Of a stretch of DNA of 32,000 nucleotides, positions 24,061 to 32,000 are shown piece by piece. The DNA is from Telmatocola sphagniphila (GTDB lineage: Bacteria > Planctomycetota > Planctomycetia > Gemmatales > Gemmataceae): NCBI RefSeq assembly GCF_018398935.1, contig NZ_CP074694.1, positions 3,450,001-3,482,000 on the forward strand. The letters are read 5' to 3'. The notes under the pieces are model-generated. The model had not been told where the DNA came from, did not search any database, and saw only the letters and a list, made by a program, of their open reading frames with translations. Positions within the stretch are counted from its first letter, which is position 1. Each line of letters starts with the position of its first letter. The translations under genes and the position numbers were made by a program.

Positions 24061-24288
24061 TACTGCCCTCGCTCAAGCGTCGGGCTAAAAGTAGCGCCCT
24101 CGCTCACGCTAAAAGTGAAATACTCCCCTCGCTGATGTGTCGAGCCAAAAATGAAGTACTGCCCTCGCTCAAGCGTCGGGCTAAAAGTAGCGCCCTCGCT
24201 CACGCTAAGAGTGAAGTACTCCCCTCGCTGATGTGACGAGCAAAAAATGAAGTAATGCCCTCGCTCACGCGTCGGGCTAAAAGTGAAG
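24061..24288. repeat. Higher-order tandem repeat: 96-bp unit x2 plus a 36-bp partial, each built from three 29-36-bp subunits
   Basis: 24061-24156 versus 24157-24252 differ at 4 of 96 positions. All seven subunits share the core CCCTCGCT and end in an A-rich tail (…aaaag/tgaag). Confidence 0.9.
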
Positions 24289-24316
24289 ACTTGGAAGGAA
24301 TAACGAGTCGGTATTT

Positions 24317-26518
24317 TTATGGCTCAGACGCGAACGACACTACCACCGCTTCATTCTGTTTCCAAGGGAATGGAAACTCCCGGCCCGCGGGATACTGCTT
24401 TCCGGTTCGTTCGTCAGTTAAGCCTCGAATCTCATCGCGAAATTGAAAAGTCACTGGTAGAGTTGCGGTCTTCAAGCCCTGCGAATTGCCTCCACCGAGA
24501 GAAGTGCCGGTAATCTCGGGATTAAAGCAAAGAAATAGCATCGTGCGATTCTTGCCATCCTCCATTTTCTTATTCCAGTAGGTAATTTCATAGCCGTGCA
24601 CCTCATCGCCGGTTTCTTTCAGACGAACGCGCGGAACGACACCGGAAGCTGCGATAGGTTTCATGAATATCTCCCGCTTTCTTGCCGATTCAACCCCGGC
24701 CACTCGATAGGCGTTATACCATTGCGTAGAAAGGTTCATCAGGATGGCCTTCCCGCTCTCGAGACTTTTTACCTGATTGACCGGCAGCGATCTCACCGCT
24801 TTATTGAAGCCACTGGAATCACGCAGACAGTGATTTTGATTGGTCAGGAATTCCTGATAAGTCTTCCAGGAAAAATTGGCATCCTGATCGACTTCCACCC
24901 AAAGCTTGCCCCCGAAGAGATCGCGAGCAGTCAAATTGCCCGGATGATTGACCCCGAAGAGATCATCTAGCACGCCGTGCGTTCGACCTTTCCCATGTTG
25001 GTCCCATAAGCCAGGTAGATAATCGGCGATCACAGTCCCGCCATCACGGCAGAATTCCTTGATCCTTCGGGCCTCTCCATCGGATAGGCAGAGGCAGGCG
25101 GGTAGAATCAGCACTTTGAATTCCCTGGGAATTCCTTTCTGAATCACGTCCACATAGTTGATGTAACTGTACTGGATTCCCGAATCCCGGAGCATGTTCT
25201 CCCAGGCGTGGCGAACGTGACTGGCACTCGCCAGCCGTTCATCGCCATTGCGGTTGACCCAGGTTTTGCCGTGAGCCTCCGCATCCAGAATCCAGCCGAG
25301 TTGAATTGAAGGATGGCTGTAATAGATGGCAACGCCATCGTGAATCCATTCGCTCCCGGCCATGAGTGGTCCAATTTTCTCTCCTGCTTCTTTAAACGTC
25401 GGAGCCACTTCCTTGTGCCAGGCCTTCGGTGTCTTCCCATCGAACCAGCCCTCCACCCAGGCGATATGGCCGCGATTGCCATGCGCCAGGTAGTACCAGG
25501 TTTGCCAGATGTCATCCTCGGACGATTTGTGGAACAGCGTAGTAACCGCAGGGAGTGCGTTGTGCGGATTGAAGGAGCGTATGATCGCCTGCGAAGAACC
25601 GAGGTTGTACGATTCGAGGAACTGTACCTTGCGCATCAGCCGGGCATAATCGTACCCGCCGAAAGCACTGGGAGCCTGACCGCCAACGATACCACAGGGG
25701 GTATGGGGATCGAGTTTGTTGGCGTACTCCACCAAATCGCCCAGGTAATTCGACCAGTAAGCATCGTTAAAGGTCCACTGATCCATCAGGGGGCTGGCGT
25801 CGAAATCCTGTATTTTCCAGCGGGCGAGCTGAGGTCGAATTTCTTCGTAGGAAATCCAGCGATCCCGCTTCGGGGAAGCCGGTCCGTAGATCTCTTTGAG
25901 CCAGTTCGCATACGCATTTTTATCATCGGTGATCTGCCACATGGTGGGGTGCACGAAGTGGCCCCAGGAGGACTCATCGTCCAGAGCATAGGCCGCTCGA
26001 AACGCAGAAGACTTCACCGCGGTGATGTTCCTACGGAGATGTTCTTGGAGTTTCTTTCGAGTCGTTTCATTCAAGGGAACCGTGCGAACGCCTGTACCGT
26101 GCAAATCATTCAGATAAGGTTTGACTCGGTCCCCATCCCACAAATGCAAAAGTCCTTTATCGGCCGCGTGATCGACGTAGAATCGGAATCGATTTTTATT
26201 GATCCAATCGAGACGACCGGTTGGCGAGCCTTCCGCGGCAATATCACTTCGGTCGATGAAAGCCCCATTATAGCCCTGTTCTCGACACCACGCGGCCGAT
26301 TGTTCGTTGTAACCGATGTGCCACTGCGCAGTCCACGGCATGAAAAGCCAACCCGGGAAGGCTTGATAGGCCAAGTCTTTTTCTTGTTTAACCGGTTTGA
26401 AATCTTTCGAATTTTGAATGTAGTTCTCGTAAGGATCGCTTTTCTTCTGTCCGAAGCTCGGAGTGGGAAAAAAGAGAATACCTGTGGAAACAAATACGAG
26501 AGTTTTGAGAGGGTTCAT
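24317..26518 (-). CDS. Secreted protein with GH42M-like (beta-galactosidase trimerisation-type) domain; putative glycoside hydrolase
   Basis: 733-aa ORF with signal 'MNPLKTLVFVSTGILFFPTPSFG'. 'FKVLILPACLCLSDGEARRIKEFCRDGGTVIADYLPG' resembles the GH42 middle-domain pattern. The catalytic assignment is uncertain. Confidence 0.75.
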   Translation of the reverse strand: MNPLKTLVFVSTGILFFPTPSFGQKKSDPYENYIQNSKDFKPVKQEKDLAYQAFPGWLFMPWTAQWHIGYNEQSAAWCREQGYNGAFIDRSDIAAEGSPTGRLDWINKNRFRFYVDHAADKGLLHLWDGDRVKPYLNDLHGTGVRTVPLNETTRKKLQEHLRRNITAVKSSAFRAAYALDDESSWGHFVHPTMWQITDDKNAYANWLKEIYGPASPKRDRWISYEEIRPQLARWKIQDFDASPLMDQWTFNDAYWSNYLGDLVEYANKLDPHTPCGIVGGQAPSAFGGYDYARLMRKVQFLESYNLGSSQAIIRSFNPHNALPAVTTLFHKSSEDDIWQTWYYLAHGNRGHIAWVEGWFDGKTPKAWHKEVAPTFKEAGEKIGPLMAGSEWIHDGVAIYYSHPSIQLGWILDAEAHGKTWVNRNGDERLASASHVRHAWENMLRDSGIQYSYINYVDVIQKGIPREFKVLILPACLCLSDGEARRIKEFCRDGGTVIADYLPGLWDQHGKGRTHGVLDDLFGVNHPGNLTARDLFGGKLWVEVDQDANFSWKTYQEFLTNQNHCLRDSSGFNKAVRSLPVNQVKSLESGKAILMNLSTQWYNAYRVAGVESARKREIFMKPIAASGVVPRVRLKETGDEVHGYEITYWNKKMEDGKNRTMLFLCFNPEITGTSLGGGNSQGLKTATLPVTFQFRDEIRGLTDERTGKQYPAGREFPFPWKQNEAVVVSFASEP

Positions 26519-26626
26519 GACACACCGGAGGTAACTCGATGCTTTTAGCAGTAGGCTGAAGAGTCAATCTATGGGAGTTGGTACTATTCCAATCTGCAAA
26601 TTGAAAAATTCACTCGTTGTCCCGCT

Positions 26627-29600
26627 CTATCTTTGGGTGAGCTTGCTGAGCAGCATTTCGAGATCGGCCAGTTCGACCGGCTTGATCAGGTGCCCATCGC
26701 AACCGGCATTTTTCGACTGTGCTTTGTCCCCCTCCTGTCCCCAGCCGGATAAAGCGACGATTACGATATTTTCCCCGCGAGTTTGTTCGCGTATGCGGCG
26801 GGTCGCTTCGTAACCGTTCATTCGCGGCATACCGATATCCATGAGGATGATCTCCGGATGGAAGTTTTTCGCCGCTTCGACAGCCTCCAATCCATCGTGG
26901 GCAACTTGCACCTCATCGCCCAACAGCTGCAACATCATCGACATCGACACGGCCGAGTCGCGATTATCGTCGACTACTAGAATTTTGCGACTTTGACTTT
27001 TTGGGGTGCCGTGCATGGCGAATCGGTCTTTCTGGGGTTCCAGTTCAAGTACTAAGATCGGCAAACTCACGAGAAAAGTGCTTCCTTTGCCGGGACCATC
27101 GCTTTCCACGCTCACTGTGCCGCCGTGCATTTCGACGAGACCTTTGACCAGTGCCAAGCCAATTCCCAATCCCCCCTGCGAGCGCTCGTTGGAGCCATCG
27201 ACTTGTGAAAACATCTCGAAGAGTGTCGGGAAAGCACTGGCGGGAATGCCGATTCCGTTGTCTTCCACCCGAACGTTCACGCGGTGCTTTTCCTTGCGGG
27301 CCAAGAGCCGGATAAGACCACCGGGGTTGGTATATTTGGAACTGTTCGCAAGCAGGTTGGAAAAAACCTGGGCCAGACGAGTCAGGTCCGCCTCGAGCAT
27401 GAAAGCTTCCTCGGGAAGCGTAATCTCCAGATGATGACCCGCGGAATCAATGATCGGCCGAACGGTTTCCACCGCACTTCGGATGATTTCCTCGAAGAAG
27501 ATACGACTTTTCTTGAGCTCCATCCTGTTGCGGCTGATGCGCGAGAGATCGAGCAGATCGTCCACAAGCCGGACCATGTGAGTGAGCTGGCGATCCATGA
27601 TTTCCTGAGTGGTAGCTCGGATTTTGCGATCATCGCTCCGACTCAGGACTTGTAAACCGTTTCGCAGCGGCGCCAGTGGATTTCGCAATTCATGAGCTAA
27701 CAGTGCCAGGAAATCGTCCTTGGTGCGGTCCGCCTTTCGCAGCGCATCTTCCATCAACTTACGTTCGGTGACATCGCGAGTCGTACCGGCGATGGCCTCC
27801 ACCTCGCCATCCGCTGCCAGCACGGGAACGAAGATATAATCGTAGATGCGACGCCCCTGCGTTCCGGAGAAAGGGACATCTCCTCGAATCGGTTTTTTAG
27901 TGGCGATGACCTGCTCGATTTCCCGGTCGTGCATCTCGGCGTGCCACGGTTCGTATCCCAGTTCGAGGCAGTTCTTCCCCAAAGACTCTTCCAAGGTCCG
28001 CCCCCACATATCCAGCAGAGCCTTGTTGGCGTAGATGAAGCGGTGGTTAAGATCGAACACATACACCAGATCGGGCGTGTTGGAAAGAATCGTATCGTAA
28101 AGACGCCGTTGGCGTTCGGATTCCGTAATCAGGCGTGCCAGATTTTCTTCGGCCCGCTTGCGATCAGTCACATCCATCCCGCTGAGCGCCAGAAATTTGA
28201 TTCGACCGATCTCATCTTTTATCGGTCGAATGCTCACATCGGCTATGCGGGTGGTACCATCGGCTATGAAATAAGGGACCTCGGAGCGAAAGGTGTTGCC
28301 CCGAGCCGCCTGTTGCAAGGCTTCTCGAAGTTTCTGCGAGAGGGAAGGAGATGGACTCCACCAGGGCCCCTTCCAGAACGGCTTGCCGACAATCTGGTCG
28401 CGGCTAAAACCGCAGCTTTCCCACGACATCCGGTTGGGTTCCAGGATGGTGCCATCGGTATGCATAATCGCCGCGAATAAAGTCCCCTGCTCGAAAAAAG
28501 CTCGAAACTTGGCGTTGGACTCCTCGGCTTCCAATTGAAGTGCTTTTTCCTTGGCCTCGGCCTGTTTCTGCTCCGTGACGTTCCGAAAATAAATGGAGAT
28601 CCCGGTACTCGATGGATAGGTATGCACCTCGTACCAACGATTGTGATCGGGATAAAACTGGATCACTGTTGAGGCAAGACCTTCATCGGCCGCCTTACGA
28701 AATGCTTTTTCAAAATCGGTACCCTTAGCCCCGGGGTAAGCATCCCAGACATTTTTTCCGAGCAACTGTGGGGCTACCTGATCCAGTAATTTCTCCGCCA
28801 TGCGGTTCACATAGGTGAACTGCCAATTCTGATCAACAGCGACAAAGGCATCCGTTATGCTTTCCAGAATTGTCCGATTGCGTTCTTCGCTTCGAAGCAG
28901 CGCCTGCGAAGCCTCCCAGCGATCGGTTACATCGCGGTAGTAAACCGACAGACTGATATCGGGACCACTCGCGGGATAGAGGTGAACCTCCAGCCAGCGG
29001 TGCGAAAAGAGAGATTTCGCTTCGAAAGTAATAGGACGACGCTCTTTGACCGAGCGCCGAAATTGCGCCTCGAAAATCGATCCCCTGGCTTCCGGGAAGA
29101 CGTCCCACACGACTTTTCCCAGGATTTCTTCCTGGGTTTTCTTCATGTACGTCAGTGCCCGTTGATTGACATAAGTGAAGCGCCAGTCCGCATCGACCAC
29201 GTAAAAACTGTCGTCGATACTCTCCAGAATGGAGCGATTGCGATGCTCCAGCTCCCGCAATCGATTTTCGGTTTTTTTTCTCTCCGTCACATCCCGGAAA
29301 ACCAGCACCGCACCGATAGTTTTGCCATCGCGGTTCCGAATGGGGGCTGCACTATCGTCGATGGGCCTTTCCTGGCCATCCCGCGCCACCAGAATGGTGT
29401 GGTTGGCCAATTCCACGATTACACCCTGCTCGATAGCCCGCAGGGCGGGATTTGTGACTTCCTTCCGCGTGGCTTCGTTGATGATTTTAAAAACGGTCGG
29501 TAACGATTGGCCGAACGCCTCCTGTTCAGGCCATCCCGTTAAATGACTGGCGACTGCGTTCAAAAATGTCACTCGTCCAGTCGCATCGGTACAAATTACG

Positions 29601-29746
29601 GCGTCCCCAATACTGGCGAGTGTAATTTTGAGCAGCTCGCGTTCGTCCTCGCTTAACGGATCTTCGGGCGTACGACTCGAATCTCCAGCAAATTTGGAGT
29701 CAAAGGGATTGGTGGAGTAATGCGTTTTTCTTTCATCCTGACTCAT
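26627..29746 (-). CDS. Cytoplasmic hybrid sensor histidine kinase (5 PAS - HisKA - HATPase_c - receiver)
   Basis: Five PAS-like modules each end in (F/Y/T)R(D/N)VT(E/D)(R/Q)(K/W). The H-box is 'LAHELRNPLAPL' and the ATPase G-boxes are 'EDNGIGI' and 'GGLGIGLALV'. The receiver is 'KILVVDDNRDS...ILMDIGMPRMNGYE...K'. There is no hydrophobic TM segment. Confidence 0.92.
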   Translation of the reverse strand: MSQDERKTHYSTNPFDSKFAGDSSRTPEDPLSEDERELLKITLASIGDAVICTDATGRVTFLNAVASHLTGWPEQEAFGQSLPTVFKIINEATRKEVTNPALRAIEQGVIVELANHTILVARDGQERPIDDSAAPIRNRDGKTIGAVLVFRDVTERKKTENRLRELEHRNRSILESIDDSFYVVDADWRFTYVNQRALTYMKKTQEEILGKVVWDVFPEARGSIFEAQFRRSVKERRPITFEAKSLFSHRWLEVHLYPASGPDISLSVYYRDVTDRWEASQALLRSEERNRTILESITDAFVAVDQNWQFTYVNRMAEKLLDQVAPQLLGKNVWDAYPGAKGTDFEKAFRKAADEGLASTVIQFYPDHNRWYEVHTYPSSTGISIYFRNVTEQKQAEAKEKALQLEAEESNAKFRAFFEQGTLFAAIMHTDGTILEPNRMSWESCGFSRDQIVGKPFWKGPWWSPSPSLSQKLREALQQAARGNTFRSEVPYFIADGTTRIADVSIRPIKDEIGRIKFLALSGMDVTDRKRAEENLARLITESERQRRLYDTILSNTPDLVYVFDLNHRFIYANKALLDMWGRTLEESLGKNCLELGYEPWHAEMHDREIEQVIATKKPIRGDVPFSGTQGRRIYDYIFVPVLAADGEVEAIAGTTRDVTERKLMEDALRKADRTKDDFLALLAHELRNPLAPLRNGLQVLSRSDDRKIRATTQEIMDRQLTHMVRLVDDLLDLSRISRNRMELKKSRIFFEEIIRSAVETVRPIIDSAGHHLEITLPEEAFMLEADLTRLAQVFSNLLANSSKYTNPGGLIRLLARKEKHRVNVRVEDNGIGIPASAFPTLFEMFSQVDGSNERSQGGLGIGLALVKGLVEMHGGTVSVESDGPGKGSTFLVSLPILVLELEPQKDRFAMHGTPKSQSRKILVVDDNRDSAVSMSMMLQLLGDEVQVAHDGLEAVEAAKNFHPEIILMDIGMPRMNGYEATRRIREQTRGENIVIVALSGWGQEGDKAQSKNAGCDGHLIKPVELADLEMLLSKLTQR

Positions 29747-29833
29747 TCGAAGATTGCTCCGGAGGCGTCAAAGAGGGAGCAGTCTCTTCCGAAGAACTTC
29801 CCGATATTGAAAACCAATACCTCCCTGGCGGCG

Positions 29834-29863
29834 GAAATTGAAAACCGAGTGGCTTTCAATTTC
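29834..29863. promoter_or_regulatory. 10-bp perfect inverted repeat GAAATTGAAA-N10-TTTCAATTTC upstream of the kinase gene
   Basis: It lies ~90 nt upstream of the kinase start (29746, minus strand) and ~140 nt downstream of the preceding gene. No T-tract follows on either strand. Confidence 0.3.
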
Positions 29864-30003
29864 GCTACCGAAGTAGTTCTTATCCAGATGGTCCCCGAGG
29901 AAGCTTCAGAAATCATGCGTGCGCCTTATCGAGCGTGCTCTGATAACAGGCTTTTGAAGCGATCGACACTCGGTGGTATTTTCTAGGAAAATGGTGAAGC
30001 AGG

Positions 30004-30363
30004 TCAAATTGGCTGAATCATGTTCCCTTTGCGGATCAACTCAAGAGTCCGGAATAATTCTCCATCCCCCGAACCTTCCGTCACATTGGCTTTCAAGCCC
30101 CGATGATCCGGGCCCAGATGTTTCCAAACTCCCTCCGCATGCGTTACCGGTTTAAAGAACACCTTGGAACTGGCTTCCGGTGTGATCCCCAGAGTTTCAG
30201 GAGTTTGTCGATCCAAATGCGGGATAAACCCTTGTTGGGAAACCGTATGTCCCGCCGAAAAACTTTCCGTTTCCTTAAAAACTACGATCACGGGGCAAGT
30301 GTGGGAGTGCCCTTGCTCATCGATATATTTTCCTTCGATCACTTCATAACCGGTAATTTCCAT
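30004..30363 (-). CDS. Hypothetical protein
   Basis: 119-aa ATG-initiated ORF with balanced composition, tightly spaced within the minus-strand gene block. I recognise no family. Confidence 0.55.
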   Translation of the reverse strand: MEITGYEVIEGKYIDEQGHSHTCPVIVVFKETESFSAGHTVSQQGFIPHLDRQTPETLGITPEASSKVFFKPVTHAEGVWKHLGPDHRGLKANVTEGSGDGELFRTLELIRKGNMIQPI

Positions 30364-30379
30364 AATCCGCCACCCCGCA

Positions 30380-30393
30380 GCATTTATAAATGC
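30380..30393. promoter_or_regulatory. Perfect 14-bp palindrome GCATTTATAAATGC
   Basis: It sits 17 nt upstream of the ATG at 30363 (minus strand) and 27 nt downstream of the aldo/keto reductase stop. It contains a TATAAA box. Confidence 0.25.
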
Positions 30394-30419
30394 TAATCCC
30401 TTACATATTGATTAAATTT

Positions 30420-31496
30420 TTAATCCGGATTCGGCTCAGGCTCACCCATCCAGAGAGGGTTTTTGGCCGTACCATCGAATTGAGTCGACGTTTTGAATCG
30501 TTCGAACTTTCCCTGGACGGCGGCATCGCGGGTTTTGTTCAAAAGAGCCGTTATCTGATCCGTAGTGAGTGGTTTGAAGTTCTTTACGGCCTCCAGATCC
30601 TGCTTGAGAACTTCGAGGCTATCGATGCCGCGAATGACAACCGACGTCGGAAGCGTTAGAGCGAATTGCAGACATTCCACAGCAGTGACCGTTTTGCTTT
30701 TCAGGATGGCCCCGCTGCCCATCGATTTCATTCCGAGTACGCCAATTTTTTCGCGAACCAGAGTGGGAATGACATTGCGGCTAAAACTGCGAAAATGAGC
30801 ATCCATAACATTGATAGGCATTTGAACGGTGTCGAAGTGAAAGCTATGTTCAGCCGCCATTTCCAACATTCGCTGATGAACGAGGGGATCCTTATGACCT
30901 GTGAAGCCGATAAATCGCAATTTGCCAGCCTTTTTGGCTTCCAGCATCGCTTCCTGAGATCCGCCCGGTGCAAATATGCGATCCGGATCTTCCATTCGAA
31001 GCACTTCGTGATGTTGAATCAGATCGATATGATCGGTCTGAAGTCGCTTCAAAGATTCTTCAATTTGTTTCGCAGCCTCTTTCTTCGTTCGTCCATCTAT
31101 CTTGGTCATCAAAAAGACTTTATTACGATAACCGTCCTGTAAGGCTTTTCCCATGCGTACTTCACTGAGCCCATCATGATAGTCCCAGCAGTTGTCCAGA
31201 AAGGTGACCCCAGCATCGATCGCCGAGCGGATGATCTTGATGCTGAGGGATTCTTCTTTCTGTAATCCAATGTGATGGCCACCGATGCCAAGTATGGAAA
31301 CCTCTTCTCCGGTACTGCCGAGCTTGCGATAACGCATCTCTCCTCGCAGTACATCGGGTACGGTCGGCGGAAAGTCGGTACCACTGATTTTGGGATCGAC
31401 CTCTTTTCCCGGCTGTTGAGCCTTCACCAGGGAATCGGTCATCATGGCGGAACCCGCGGCCGTGGAGACGGCAGTGATAAATTCTCGTCGTTGCAT
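30420..31496 (-). CDS. Aldo/keto reductase with TAT signal peptide
   Basis: 'MQRREFITAVSTAAGSAMM' is a twin-arginine signal. 'YRKLGSTGEEVSILGIGGHHIG', 'FLDNCWDYHDG' and 'HIDLIQHHEV' are AKR signatures. Confidence 0.9.
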   Translation of the reverse strand: MQRREFITAVSTAAGSAMMTDSLVKAQQPGKEVDPKISGTDFPPTVPDVLRGEMRYRKLGSTGEEVSILGIGGHHIGLQKEESLSIKIIRSAIDAGVTFLDNCWDYHDGLSEVRMGKALQDGYRNKVFLMTKIDGRTKKEAAKQIEESLKRLQTDHIDLIQHHEVLRMEDPDRIFAPGGSQEAMLEAKKAGKLRFIGFTGHKDPLVHQRMLEMAAEHSFHFDTVQMPINVMDAHFRSFSRNVIPTLVREKIGVLGMKSMGSGAILKSKTVTAVECLQFALTLPTSVVIRGIDSLEVLKQDLEAVKNFKPLTTDQITALLNKTRDAAVQGKFERFKTSTQFDGTAKNPLWMGEPEPNPD

Positions 31497-31526
31497 GCTG
31501 CATCAACCTCAGGAGGATTTCTCGTA

Positions 31527-31826
31527 CTATTTTTTCGGCGATTTTTTTTCGGACGCCGATCCGTCCAGTTCCTGCCATTGAGCTTCCGTGATCTCTACGC
31601 CGAAGTGACGCGCGGCCTTCTTGATATTGGCGAATGCCTGCGCTCGTTCCTGGTCGGAAACATCTTTGACTTGATTGAAACGGGCCAAAGCATTACGGAC
31701 ATGCGAAGCATCGGTCAACGGTTCTTTTCGCTTGGCGGGAAATGCGTAGACGCTATCGGGAAGATCGCTCTGTTTGGTGAGCGTGCCATGCTTTACATGC
31801 GGTTTCCAAGTAGCACGAGTGGCCAT
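31527..31826 (-). CDS. Small conserved protein (DUF6582-like; family number from memory)
   Basis: The ATG at 31826; the track start at 31862 is TTG and would overlap the stop of the upstream gene. 'DLPDSVYAFPAKRKEPLTDASHVRNALARFNQVKDVSDQERAQAF' is a widely conserved motif. Confidence 0.7.
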   Translation of the reverse strand: MATRATWKPHVKHGTLTKQSDLPDSVYAFPAKRKEPLTDASHVRNALARFNQVKDVSDQERAQAFANIKKAARHFGVEITEAQWQELDGSASEKKSPKK

Positions 31827-31858
31827 GTCGGGTCCCCTAAAGTTTAAACTGTTTCCGC

Positions 31859-32000
31859 TCAATCTCGAGTGCCAATCTTTCGTAACTGCTTTAAATGATC
31901 CTTCAGCACGGGTAAGGTTCTCTCGGCAAATTCCTTTAATTTTACATTTTGCGAGTCTTTAATGACCTGGTTGTACTTTTCTATATCCTGCTCGTGAGTT
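31859..32000 (-). CDS. DUF4142-like protein, C-terminal 46 codons only (5' end outside the window)
   Basis: Not in the ORF track because it is under 60 aa. My translation of the minus strand gives 'THEQDIEKYNQVIKDSQNVKLKEFAERTLPVLKDHLKQLRKIGTRD*'. It is open to the window edge and resembles the DUF4142 C-terminal repeat (…FA.(K/R)TLP.L..HL…). Confidence 0.55.
   Translation of the reverse strand, partial: THEQDIEKYNQVIKDSQNVKLKEFAERTLPVLKDHLKQLRKIGTRD

Noticed and set aside
24006-24203. ORF encoding repeated 'SEGATFSPTLERGQY' across the tandem repeat; also considered whether the repeat is a CRISPR array
   Set aside because: The open frame is a by-product of the 96-bp (32-codon) periodicity and has no plausible start context. 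It is not CRISPR because the units are contiguous with no unique spacers, the subunits are of three diverged types, and no cas genes are in the window.
1-32000. Searched intergenic regions by eye for tRNA, rRNA, tmRNA and known riboswitch cores
   Set aside because: I recognised none. A covariance-model scan (tRNAscan-SE or Infernal) would be needed to exclude them.

Overview
This 32-kb window looks like a Planctomycetota chromosome segment. The signs are a DUF1559 prepilin-type 'H-X9-DG' protein, a DUF1549/DUF1553 + DUF1501 gene pair, a formylglycine-type sulfatase, TAT-signal proteins and a multi-PAS hybrid kinase. All family names come from motif recognition by eye; no database search was possible.

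The left ~13 kb is accessory and heavily rearranged:
- Positions 1-3731 hold an array of small orphan genes, including a DUF4375/DMP19-like protein. They are separated by a recurring 13-nt GC-rich motif.
- A 450-bp segment (3790-4239) is an almost exact direct repeat of 13071-13520. That segment is the 3' end of, and region downstream of, the intact sulfatase gene.
- Between the two copies lie a decayed REP-associated tyrosine transposase flanked by inverted hairpin-forming REP-like sequences, an IS1380-family element, a visibly AT-richer four-gene cluster in which every product carries an export signal, and an IS4/IS701-like element.
- TTTGT direct repeats flank 3790-7162. This suggests an ISEcp1-style transposition unit.

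The right ~19 kb is ordinary planctomycete content: sulfatase, RNB exoribonuclease, LOG-family protein, a two-domain esterase, a PhyH dioxygenase, DUF1549/1553-DUF1501-WD40, a GH42M-like secreted protein, a hybrid histidine kinase and an aldo/keto reductase. The one exception is a 228-bp higher-order tandem repeat between two convergent genes.

I recognised no rRNA, tRNA or CRISPR array. The best candidate for something undescribed is the IS-bracketed envelope-protein cassette at 7702-11589, but its function is inference only.
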